NCBI GenBank assembly: GCA_003056205.1
Contig: LSNS01000004.1
Span: 188,630-252,629 of the forward strand
Origin: Parcubacteria group bacterium M6-OD1-4
GTDB taxonomy: Bacteria > Patescibacteriota > Patescibacteriia > Patescibacteriales > UBA12465
DNA: 64,000 bases
Direction of reading: 5' to 3'
Of this stretch, positions 20,933-29,129 are shown piece by piece. The notes under the pieces are model-generated. The model was not told the DNA's origin. It saw only the letters and a list, made by a program, of their open reading frames with translations, and ran no database searches. Positions within the stretch are counted from its first letter, which is position 1. Each line of letters starts with the position of its first letter. The translations under genes were made by a program, and so were the position numbers.

Positions 20933-21613
20933 TTAGAGTAAATATTTTCCTCGTTCTTGGTCATTAATAATTTGACCATGATCCATGGTAATAACCCGTC
21001 GGTTTAAACGATTAACAATTTCTTTATTATGGGTTACTAACACTACTGTCGTTCCAAATTTATTAATTCGTAACAGTAAATTAACAATATCATTGGCGTT
21101 AATAGCATCTAAATTACCAGTAGGCTCATCAGCTAAAAGAATTTTTGGTTGATGTACTAAAGCCCGAGCAATTGCCGTACGTTGTTGTTCCCCACCGGAT
21201 ACTTCATGGGGATAACGATTTTTTTCGGCATCTAAACCAACAATTTTGAGAACACTAGGAACAATTTTTTTTATTTTATTTGGTTTCGCTCCAGAAACTT
21301 GAAGAGCAAAAGAAACATTTTCTTCTAAAGTTTTTTTGCGAATTAATTTGAAATCTTGAAAAATAACACCAATCTGTCGTCGAAGATAAGGAACTTCATG
21401 ACGACTAATTTTGGTGATATCCCAATCACCAATAATTATTCGTCCTTGATCAACATGTTCTTCGCCAATTAATAAGCGTACTAAAGTCGTTTTACCAGCA
21501 CCAGATTGTCCGACAATGGAAACAAATTCTCCAGGTTTAATTAGGATATTAACATCTGTCAAAACCTTAACTTGACCTTGATAGGTTTTGGAGATGTTGT
21601 CCAAATTAATCAT
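20933..21613 (-). CDS. ftsE: Cell division ATP-binding protein FtsE
   Basis: GQSGAGKTT, LRRQIGVIFQDFKL, SGGEQQR and ADEPTGNLD motifs. Confidence 0.95.
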   Translation of the reverse strand: MINLDNISKTYQGQVKVLTDVNILIKPGEFVSIVGQSGAGKTTLVRLLIGEEHVDQGRIIIGDWDITKISRHEVPYLRRQIGVIFQDFKLIRKKTLEENVSFALQVSGAKPNKIKKIVPSVLKIVGLDAEKNRYPHEVSGGEQQRTAIARALVHQPKILLADEPTGNLDAINANDIVNLLLRINKFGTTVVLVTHNKEIVNRLNRRVITMDHGQIINDQERGKYLL

Positions 21614-21626
21614 AAGTTTTAATAAT

Positions 21627-23123
21627 TTATTTTTTTAACAGTTGCAAACCATAACGGATTAATTGAACATTATCAGCAAAATCAGCAGCACGACTTTTAG
21701 AACCAAAGTTTACTAAAATTAAATTACCTCTTGTCGTTCTCACCCGAGTCATTAAACAATATTTCGCTTCATCTAAATATCCAGTTTTAGAACCAATAAT
21801 CCGATAAGTATTCAAACGTAGTAAGCGATCAGTGTTATGAATAGTGTGCCAGTGGTGAGTATTTAATGTCTGAAAACGATAACTACGGGTAGTACTGATT
21901 TCTTGTAATAAAGGATTAGTAAAAATCTCTCTAGTTATTATAGCATAATCTAGCGGAGAACTCACATTCTGAGGAGAGAGACCGGTGGGCTCTACAAAAT
22001 GAGTATTGGTCGCCCCCCAAGATTTAACAAGCTCATTCATTTTCTGAATAAAAACTGGTCGTTTTAAACCGCTAGCACGAACCAAGCTTTCCACAGCATT
22101 ATTAGCAGACCCCAATAAAGCACTGTACATCAAATCTTTTACCGTAACCTTCTCTCCAGGGTACAAACTAACATGGGCGGATTGCCAAGGAAGAACATAA
22201 CGATAATTATAGTTCTCGTCTTGTTTTTTATAAGTAACAATTTCATTTAAACTTGGCCGAGTATCTAGAAAAACCCGCATGGCAATTAATTTACTTAAAC
22301 TGGCTAAGGGCGAAACCTTATTCTGATTTTTTCCCCATAAAACTTTTCCAGTTTTTTCAGACATAATAACTGCTGACCAAGCACTAATCTTTGGACTACT
22401 AGCTTTTGGCACTAGGGCTTGGTGAAGGGCTAAACCGCTAACCTTTTGAGGTTCAACTTTAACTTTTATCAATCCAACAGAGGGATTAGCAATTTTTTGG
22501 AAAGCAACATAATCTAAATCAATTACTCGCTGAGGAAAGATGGCTCGTTCTGGACCATAATCATTAACGGTAATAATAACTGATTTATGATTCTCAAGAT
22601 TAATAACTTTTAAAGTAGAACCTTTTGGAAAATCTGGTGAAGCAGCAAATAAACCATGTCGATAACGATACCAACTTGCGGTCCCCACGGTCATAATATT
22701 GGAATTGACCGCTAATAATAAACGTCCTGAAATTGAAGTGGTTAAAGCTTGCGCATAATGTTGCTGAGGAAAATCAGTGGTCGGAAGAGGACGCCAAACT
22801 TTAGCCCAAGAATCAAAAATAAAAATTTTCTTCAAATTATTATTAGTCTGTTGATAATGAATTTTAATTAATAATGGGCGACTGGGATCATAAAAACCAG
22901 AAGTTTGAAATGAATAATTATAAACTGGACCAAGAGCTTGCCACTGCCAAGGTAGCTTAATCGGCAAAGAACTGGCGGTAATATTCAAAGTAGCCGCTGT
23001 AGTGAAAGCTTGAGCTTGAGAGACAATCTCTAGATTAAGCTTAGTTTTAGCTTGACTAGCTAGCGGTAATATTAATAAAGCGAAACTAATTAAAAAAAGA
23101 TATTTACCAAATTTGAACTTCAT
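21627..23123 (-). CDS. RlpA-like DPBB domain fused to a D-Ala-D-Ala peptidase (S11)
   Basis: GTASWY..VNDYGP..RVIDL (RlpA-like), then ASLSK (SxxK), SAN and KTG. Confidence 0.85.
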   Translation of the reverse strand: MKFKFGKYLFLISFALLILPLASQAKTKLNLEIVSQAQAFTTAATLNITASSLPIKLPWQWQALGPVYNYSFQTSGFYDPSRPLLIKIHYQQTNNNLKKIFIFDSWAKVWRPLPTTDFPQQHYAQALTTSISGRLLLAVNSNIMTVGTASWYRYRHGLFAASPDFPKGSTLKVINLENHKSVIITVNDYGPERAIFPQRVIDLDYVAFQKIANPSVGLIKVKVEPQKVSGLALHQALVPKASSPKISAWSAVIMSEKTGKVLWGKNQNKVSPLASLSKLIAMRVFLDTRPSLNEIVTYKKQDENYNYRYVLPWQSAHVSLYPGEKVTVKDLMYSALLGSANNAVESLVRASGLKRPVFIQKMNELVKSWGATNTHFVEPTGLSPQNVSSPLDYAIITREIFTNPLLQEISTTRSYRFQTLNTHHWHTIHNTDRLLRLNTYRIIGSKTGYLDEAKYCLMTRVRTTRGNLILVNFGSKSRAADFADNVQLIRYGLQLLKK

Positions 23124-23132
23124 AATTTGTGA

Positions 23133-23162
23133 TTGACTAAAATGATTTAATAATTCTATAAT
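23133..23162 (+). promoter_or_regulatory. Sigma70 promoter for the tRNA-Gly/Thr pair
   Basis: TTGACT (23133-23138), 18 bp, TATAAT (23157-23162). Confidence 0.65.
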
Positions 23163-23215
23163 GTATTTACGTTTATTAATTTTCTTAATCTATTTTTTAA
23201 ACTTAAAAACTTCAA

Positions 23216-23290
23216 GCGGGTGTCGTATAGTGGTTATTATGTCAGCTTCCCAAGCTGAAGAGGGCGGTTCGATTCCGCTTACCCGCTCCA
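23216..23290 (+). tRNA. tRNA-Gly(CCC)
   Basis: GCGGGTG/TACCCGC acceptor stem, TCAGC-TTCCCAA-GCTGA anticodon arm, TTCGATT, encoded CCA. Confidence 0.95.
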
Positions 23291-23305
23291 AAATCAACAT
23301 ACTTG

Positions 23306-23381
23306 GCCGAGATAGCTCAGTTGGTAGAGCGACGCACTCGTAACGCGTAGGTCAGGGGTTCGACCCCCCTTCTCGGCTCCA
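23306..23381 (+). tRNA. tRNA-Thr(CGT)
   Basis: GCCGAGA/TCTCGGC acceptor stem, AGCTCAGTTGGTAGAGC D-arm, CTCGTAA loop, TTCGA, encoded CCA. Confidence 0.95.
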
Positions 23382-23389
23382 AAAATATT

Positions 23390-23821
23390 TTACTTAAAAA
23401 AGTACTGCCACCATTTCTGAAAATTATTAATATTCTGTGTAGCTACTGGAAAATTACTATTGATAACTTTAATTTTCTTGTCTTCAACAACAACCACTTC
23501 TTCTCCTGGTTTTTTCATATTGAAATTTAAACGGGCTTGAGTTTCTAAATATTGTTTAGAATTTAAATAAGTCATTAACTCTCCAAGCTGTTTATTTTGT
23601 AGTTCGTAGTGATTGATCTTATCTTTTACCCCTTGAATCTCTTGACTAACCAAACGACGTTGGCTATAAGTCTGAGCTAAAGGAAAGACAATTAAGACTA
23701 AAACAAACAAACCCAAGATTGCTAAAAATCGTTGGTTAAGAAATAAACGGTAAAAAAAACCGCGCGAATTAGAATTTAAATCTCCATGAAAATTTCGAGG
23801 ACGGAGACGATGTTTAGTCAT
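23390..23821 (-). CDS. Septum formation initiator (FtsB/DivIC family)
   Basis: One TM, a coiled coil and E..AR..FNMKKPGE.V. Confidence 0.8.
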   Translation of the reverse strand: MTKHRLRPRNFHGDLNSNSRGFFYRLFLNQRFLAILGLFVLVLIVFPLAQTYSQRRLVSQEIQGVKDKINHYELQNKQLGELMTYLNSKQYLETQARLNFNMKKPGEEVVVVEDKKIKVINSNFPVATQNINNFQKWWQYFFK

Positions 23822-23886
23822 GTTCCTTATTATAGCACAAAAAAAATACTAGCAAAATTAAATTAAATTAATCATTTTTTCTCTCT

Positions 23887-25482
23887 CTAACGTGATTTTG
23901 GAGTAACCGAAAAGCCCATATATTTACCAAACATCAAACGAATTTGGGCTTCTAAACAAGGGATAGCGCCAAAAATAATAATAGTTATTGGCACAAAGGC
24001 CCATTCAACAAAAATTATAATATTCTTTAAAACTGTATATTTCTTCGGTCGCGGCGGTAACAAAAGAACTGAAATTACTCCAGAAAGAATTAAGCCAATC
24101 ATGGCGATACTCATTAAGTTTTGAGTAATCATTGGCAAATTACCAGAAAGAACCATAGAATTAAAACGATTCCCTCCTAAAAAGAGTGGTAACCAACCAA
24201 TAACAGCAATAATTAAAGCATTGGTCGCCCAAGAATAGAAACCATAAATTTGAATAAAAATATGGCCGACAACACGTTTTTTATCAAAGCCTTTATTTTT
24301 CCAACGTTGAGCAGTATTAAATAATAAATAAGGAATATTTTCTCCACCCCAAGCCCATCGTCGTTGTTGTTTATATAAACTTTTAGCAGTCTTTAAATAA
24401 TTTTGATCACAAGTAACATCCATGGAAACCTTATAATTAATAGGTTCCACCCGATAATGACCGTTATAATACATTAAACAGTGCCAAAAAATACGCGAGT
24501 CTTCAGAAACATTAGCTGTTGACCAAAAACCAATCTCTACTAAAGCTTTCCAGGTCATAGAATGAGAAGAATAAGTCACCAAGCTTTCCTGCCGAATCTG
24601 CATAATCATCTGCCAAAAAGTATTAGAAGCAGCGGCTACCCGAGAAAAAAATGGTGAGTTCCAAATATTATTATGATAAACTGGAACGGGCTGGTAACTA
24701 GCGTGATAAGGATCATCAACGCTTAAAAATTTATATGTTAAAGCAAAAAAGTAACCGGGATAAACCACGGTATCAATATCAAAAACACTAACTAAAATTT
24801 TAGAATAATCTAATTGTTCACGATCAATTATTTCTTTTTTAATAACTCGAGCCGACCACGCTTGATTAGCCCCCTTTCCTTTTAATTCACCAGGAAGATG
24901 ATCGGGGTGCCAAGTAATAATGAAATGCCCAAACTGCTGAGCAAATTCTTGTTGAATGGCGGCAGCTCGTTCGTGAGCAGCTGTTCCTGCTCGCTCTTCC
25001 ATTGCTAAAGCAATAATCATCCGTGCTGGCGGATAACCATCTTTCAGTAAAGAAATTAAAGAAGATCGAATTATCTCTAAACTTTCATTATAATTAGGCA
25101 AAATAATTAATTGCCATAAATCGTCGGTAGAAACCCCCTGACGCGCTAAACATTTCGCAGCAATATCGGAAGAGTCAAATTGTTTATCTTTTAACTTTTG
25201 GCACGCTAAACGCCAATTAACTCGCAAACCTTTTTGTAATTGATAATAAGAACCAATTAAAAAAATAGCTAGATAAAGAACTAACAACAACCAATAAACA
25301 TCGAAAGCAATAATGAAGTAAGCCACCCAAACCGGCTCAAAATAAGATAAAATAATTAAAACTAATAAAGAAAAGATTGATAAAAACCCAGGTAGTATCT
25401 CCAATAAACGATAAATAGTATAATAACGACCGCTTAAATCTGTCGCTTTACCAATTTTAAGATAATTAACAATTGAGTTCAT
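23887..25482 (-). CDS. Membrane-bound processive-type GT2 glycosyltransferase
   Basis: PNYNE, KGKGAN, FDID, SED and QQRRW motifs with flanking TMs. Confidence 0.88.
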   Translation of the reverse strand: MNSIVNYLKIGKATDLSGRYYTIYRLLEILPGFLSIFSLLVLIILSYFEPVWVAYFIIAFDVYWLLLVLYLAIFLIGSYYQLQKGLRVNWRLACQKLKDKQFDSSDIAAKCLARQGVSTDDLWQLIILPNYNESLEIIRSSLISLLKDGYPPARMIIALAMEERAGTAAHERAAAIQQEFAQQFGHFIITWHPDHLPGELKGKGANQAWSARVIKKEIIDREQLDYSKILVSVFDIDTVVYPGYFFALTYKFLSVDDPYHASYQPVPVYHNNIWNSPFFSRVAAASNTFWQMIMQIRQESLVTYSSHSMTWKALVEIGFWSTANVSEDSRIFWHCLMYYNGHYRVEPINYKVSMDVTCDQNYLKTAKSLYKQQRRWAWGGENIPYLLFNTAQRWKNKGFDKKRVVGHIFIQIYGFYSWATNALIIAVIGWLPLFLGGNRFNSMVLSGNLPMITQNLMSIAMIGLILSGVISVLLLPPRPKKYTVLKNIIIFVEWAFVPITIIIFGAIPCLEAQIRLMFGKYMGFSVTPKSR

Positions 25483-25484
25483 AG

Positions 25485-26054
25485 TTAAATAATATTTTTC
25501 CTTTTCAATTCAAAAAAACATTTAGCACAAGCCCGCACATCAACACTAGCATCATGAGCATCGGGAAAACTAGTTTTAAATAAACAATTATAAAGTTCAG
25601 TTAAATTAGGCCACTTATAACCATAACGCCCTGGCAAACGACAATAAGCAACACTTTTTTTCATGGTACAAATCTCTTGAGCCTTAATTAATGGATTATC
25701 TAAACCCACTCGGAGAAGCTCGGAACCAATAATTTTTTTATCAAAATCAATATTATGAGCCACTAAATAAGAACTTTGTCGAACATCACGTAAGAAATAA
25801 TTTAAGGCTAATTTTAATTCGATCCCTTCTCGCATAGCCTGTTCTTGAGAAATATGATGAATTTTAGTAGCTTCTTCAGGAATCACAAAACCTTCCGGTT
25901 TAATTATATAATTATAAGTTTCCCAAGCCCCGCCGTCAGCATCATATAAATTCCAAGCTAATTGTACCAAACGAGGCCAATTCAAAAAATCATCAAGAGG
26001 CGCTTGATAATTACGAGGCAAACCAGTTGTCTCTGTATCAAAAACTAAATACAT
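25485..26054 (-). CDS. DEDDh 3'-5' exonuclease (DnaQ-like)
   Basis: FDTETTG, AHNIDFD and AHDASVD motifs. Confidence 0.9.
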   Translation of the reverse strand: MYLVFDTETTGLPRNYQAPLDDFLNWPRLVQLAWNLYDADGGAWETYNYIIKPEGFVIPEEATKIHHISQEQAMREGIELKLALNYFLRDVRQSSYLVAHNIDFDKKIIGSELLRVGLDNPLIKAQEICTMKKSVAYCRLPGRYGYKWPNLTELYNCLFKTSFPDAHDASVDVRACAKCFFELKRKNII

Positions 26055-26056
26055 AA

Positions 26057-27925
26057 TTAAAAATTATTATTGTTGATAGTAATTTCTTCACCTTCTTGTA
26101 ATTCTCGTTCCTGGAGTTGGCCACGAGCTAAGGAATTATCAGTTTTTACAGCTCGCCCACGAAAATCTTGAGGAGTCATTTTCTTTAAATCATTTAAAGA
26201 TAACTCGGGACCAGCGGAAAGAATTTTTTTCCGTTCCTGCTCTTTAGCTAACTGACGAGTAGCTAATTCATCACGTTTTTCTTTTTTTTTCTTGCTTAAA
26301 CATTCCCGGCAATAAATCGGACGAAGACCATCGGGCTCAAAATTTACAATTGTCTCTTGCCCACAAATACTACAAACCGTTTGATAACCATGTTCAATCT
26401 TAGATTCCAAAGGTGCTCGGGTAGATAATAATTGAGGGTTATTATTTACTTTCGGATGAGAATCATTTTGGGAATTAAAATGAGGCTGAACCGAAGAATG
26501 AGGACGAGACTGGATATTAGAAGTAGATTGCGAATGAGAATTTAGGGAAGAATTCAAATTAGAATGAGACGGCGACACTCTTGACGAAGTTTTTAAATTA
26601 GTAATATTATTTTTTCTTTTAGCTAACACTTTAGTATCATCCTGATTATAATTTTCATGCCAACTCATAATCTTCTCTTCGACCGTTTCTCGATCAGAAG
26701 CATATTTTTCACGAGAATAATCAATTACTTTCTGAACATTATGAGTTTCTTGAGCTTTGCTAAATGGTGGTAAACCCAGGGCAGAAAAGGGTGTAGAAGA
26801 TATTCCATCAATCATGAGCTTTAAATACATCTCATACTTTGGTAAATTAACCAAATCTTCTTCAGTAAAAGTTGGCGTAAATTCCTTCACCAATTCCTCG
26901 GCATCAGTTGCTCCCACCCGAAAAACAACCATTGTCCCAACGTTACCAAAAACCGCTGGTTTAACTTTTTCGCTTAATTGTTCAATATACTGGTGAGCTA
27001 AAATTAAATTCAAGCGATATTTTCGAGCCTCAGATAGAATATTAGCAAAACTATCAGTAGAAAAATTTTGAAATTCATCAATATATAAATAAAAATCTCG
27101 ACGATTTTCTTCAGGAACATCTACTCGACTCATCGCTGCTAATTGAATTTTAGTAATCATCATTGCTCCTAAAAGAGCCGAATTATCCTCGCCAATTCGT
27201 CCTTTTGACAAATTCATAATTAATACCTTACCCTGATCCATAATCTCCCGAATATCAATTGAAGAGCGAACTTGCCCAATAACATTCCTCATTAAAGAAC
27301 TAGAAAGAAACTGCCCAACCTTATTTTGAATTGGAGAAACTGCTTCCGAGGCAAAACGATCGGCATAACTAGAAAACTCTTTTTCCCAAAAAGCTTTTAC
27401 TACAGGATCTTTAATATTGGCTACAACTCGTTTCCGATAATTTTTATCAGATAACATCCGAACGACCCCCAATAGAGTGGAGCCCGGGAAATCTAAAATT
27501 GCTAAAATAGCATTACGCAAGATATACTCCAAACGTGGCCCCCAAGAATCAGCCCATAATTTTTGAAAAACACCAATTAAACCTGAGGCTACTAAATGCC
27601 GTAAATGAGGCTCAACTTGTTCCACGACATTAAAAGCAATTGGATAATCAATATCCGAAGGATTAAAATACACAATATCTTTAATACGCTCGGACGGAAT
27701 GTATTTCACAATTCTTTCAGCTAAATCACCATGAGGGTCAACAACTGCCACGCCATAACCAGCTCGAATATCATTAACAATCATATTCTCCAGAACTGTT
27801 GACTTACCCATACCAGTTTTCCCAATCAAATACATATGCCGACGACGATCATCAGTTTTGATACCAAATTTTTTAAATTTGTTACGGTAAGTAGTTTGAG
27901 CAAAAACCGCAATATCTTGATTCAT
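26057..27925 (-). CDS. VirD4/TraD-like (coupling protein/HerA-related) ATPase with a C-terminal CxxC-x17-CxxC domain
   Basis: RRHMYLIGKTGMGKS, DPHGD, YIDEFQNF, EARKY..AHQ, and CSIC..(17)..CREC. Confidence 0.85.
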   Translation of the reverse strand: MNQDIAVFAQTTYRNKFKKFGIKTDDRRRHMYLIGKTGMGKSTVLENMIVNDIRAGYGVAVVDPHGDLAERIVKYIPSERIKDIVYFNPSDIDYPIAFNVVEQVEPHLRHLVASGLIGVFQKLWADSWGPRLEYILRNAILAILDFPGSTLLGVVRMLSDKNYRKRVVANIKDPVVKAFWEKEFSSYADRFASEAVSPIQNKVGQFLSSSLMRNVIGQVRSSIDIREIMDQGKVLIMNLSKGRIGEDNSALLGAMMITKIQLAAMSRVDVPEENRRDFYLYIDEFQNFSTDSFANILSEARKYRLNLILAHQYIEQLSEKVKPAVFGNVGTMVVFRVGATDAEELVKEFTPTFTEEDLVNLPKYEMYLKLMIDGISSTPFSALGLPPFSKAQETHNVQKVIDYSREKYASDRETVEEKIMSWHENYNQDDTKVLAKRKNNITNLKTSSRVSPSHSNLNSSLNSHSQSTSNIQSRPHSSVQPHFNSQNDSHPKVNNNPQLLSTRAPLESKIEHGYQTVCSICGQETIVNFEPDGLRPIYCRECLSKKKKEKRDELATRQLAKEQERKKILSAGPELSLNDLKKMTPQDFRGRAVKTDNSLARGQLQERELQEGEEITINNNNF

Positions 27926-27948
27926 ATTTTTTGCTTAGTGGTAAAAAA

Positions 27949-28194
27949 CTATTTTAAGAAACTTCGGTAATTTTTTATAAAATCTCGAATAACTGGTGGT
28001 AAATAAATAAAACCTAAAACAATTGGGATTAAAATTAACAAAAATCTTAAAATACTCCAAATCTGCTGCCATTTAATATATTGCTTGGTTTTTTTAGAAA
28101 TAGCAAGAATCTCTTCGTTTTTTTGAAGATTTAACTTTAATAGACGCTTCAAATCATCAATATCTGAAGGTTTATTTTGATTTTCATTATCCAT
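27949..28194 (-). CDS. Small hypothetical membrane protein
   Basis: 81-aa ORF tightly packed in the operon; short coiled segment plus one TM. Confidence 0.75.
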   Translation of the reverse strand: MDNENQNKPSDIDDLKRLLKLNLQKNEEILAISKKTKQYIKWQQIWSILRFLLILIPIVLGFIYLPPVIRDFIKNYRSFLK

Positions 28195-28202
28195 AGACTA
28201 AA

Positions 28203-28922
28203 TTACTGACGAAGCTCACAAAGATTAACATATTTCTTACCAATATTAACAAAATTTGTCATTTCTTGAGAAGTATAAGAATCGCGAGCTTGGTATTTTT
28301 TATCAACTAACGGCGTATCTGACTTAAAAGACTGTAAATACCATTTACTTGCCCCTTGGATAGCTTTCCCCATCGCAATAAAATCATCAGCATTCAATAA
28401 ACCAGGAACAACCGTCGTCCGAAATTCATAGGGTAAACCACTAGACATTATAATCTTAACACTTTTTTTTAAATTATTACAATTAATCGGAACATCAACA
28501 ACCGTTTTATATTTAGCAAAGGGAGCCTTAATGTCCATTGCTAAATAATCAATAAGTTTTTGTTGTAATAATTCTTTCAACATTACAGGATTGGTGCCAT
28601 TAGTATCTAATTTTACTAAGTATCCGAGGTCCTTAATTCTCTTAATAAAAGATGGCAAATCAGGATGTAAGGTGGGTTCACCACCAGTAATAACTACCCC
28701 TTCTAAGCGACCAAATCTTTTTTTCAAAAAAAGAAAAAGATTCTCAACTGTTAAGGGTGAATCTTTTTCTTTATTTTTATCATCCAGTCCCTGATGGGGC
28801 AGGACAAGCAAAGGGTTATAACAAAAGTGACATCGGAAATTACAACCTTGCGTAAAGATAATCGCCGCTAAATGATCGGGGTAGTCGAGAAGAGTTAACT
28901 TCTCTAAACCACCAATAATCAT
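28203..28922 (-). CDS. nrdG: Anaerobic ribonucleotide reductase activating enzyme (radical SAM)
   Basis: CNFRCHFC (CX3CX2C), GGEPT and LDTNG; follows nrdD. Confidence 0.93.
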   Translation of the reverse strand: MIIGGLEKLTLLDYPDHLAAIIFTQGCNFRCHFCYNPLLVLPHQGLDDKNKEKDSPLTVENLFLFLKKRFGRLEGVVITGGEPTLHPDLPSFIKRIKDLGYLVKLDTNGTNPVMLKELLQQKLIDYLAMDIKAPFAKYKTVVDVPINCNNLKKSVKIIMSSGLPYEFRTTVVPGLLNADDFIAMGKAIQGASKWYLQSFKSDTPLVDKKYQARDSYTSQEMTNFVNIGKKYVNLCELRQ

Positions 28923-28940
28923 AAAATTTGAAATTAAAAA

Positions 28941-29087
28941 TTAATTATTATTTTGACAAGTTTGATAAGTCTGGCGATCAGTAAACTCGGAAGCTTTCCC
29001 AGGATTCCAGTTTTTTGTTGGTGTTAACCAACCAACAACTCGACTATAAATAATACATTCTTGTCTCTGACTTTTAATTGGGCTCAT
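28941..29087 (-). CDS. Stand-alone glycyl-radical domain of class III RNR (48 aa)
   Basis: Not in the ORF track. Hand translation: MSPIKSQRQECIIYSRVVGWLTPTKNWNPGKASEFTDRQTYQTCQNNN*, matching the NrdD C-terminal YSRxxG..P...WN.GK..EF.DR motif. Confidence 0.88.
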   Translation of the reverse strand: MSPIKSQRQECIIYSRVVGWLTPTKNWNPGKASEFTDRQTYQTCQNNN

Positions 29088-29129
29088 ATATTTGTAATTA
29101 TTAAATTAATAAATTAAATTATAAACAAA

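Noticed and set aside
23161..23343. 60-aa plus-strand ORF in the track
   Set aside because: It overlies tRNA-Gly and tRNA-Thr, and its start falls in the tRNA promoter -10 box, so it is spurious.
26057..27925. Conjugative element or HerA-type defence system
   Set aside because: There is no relaxase, VirB4/VirB6 gene set, or SIR2/NurA-type partner nearby, and the flanks are housekeeping genes.
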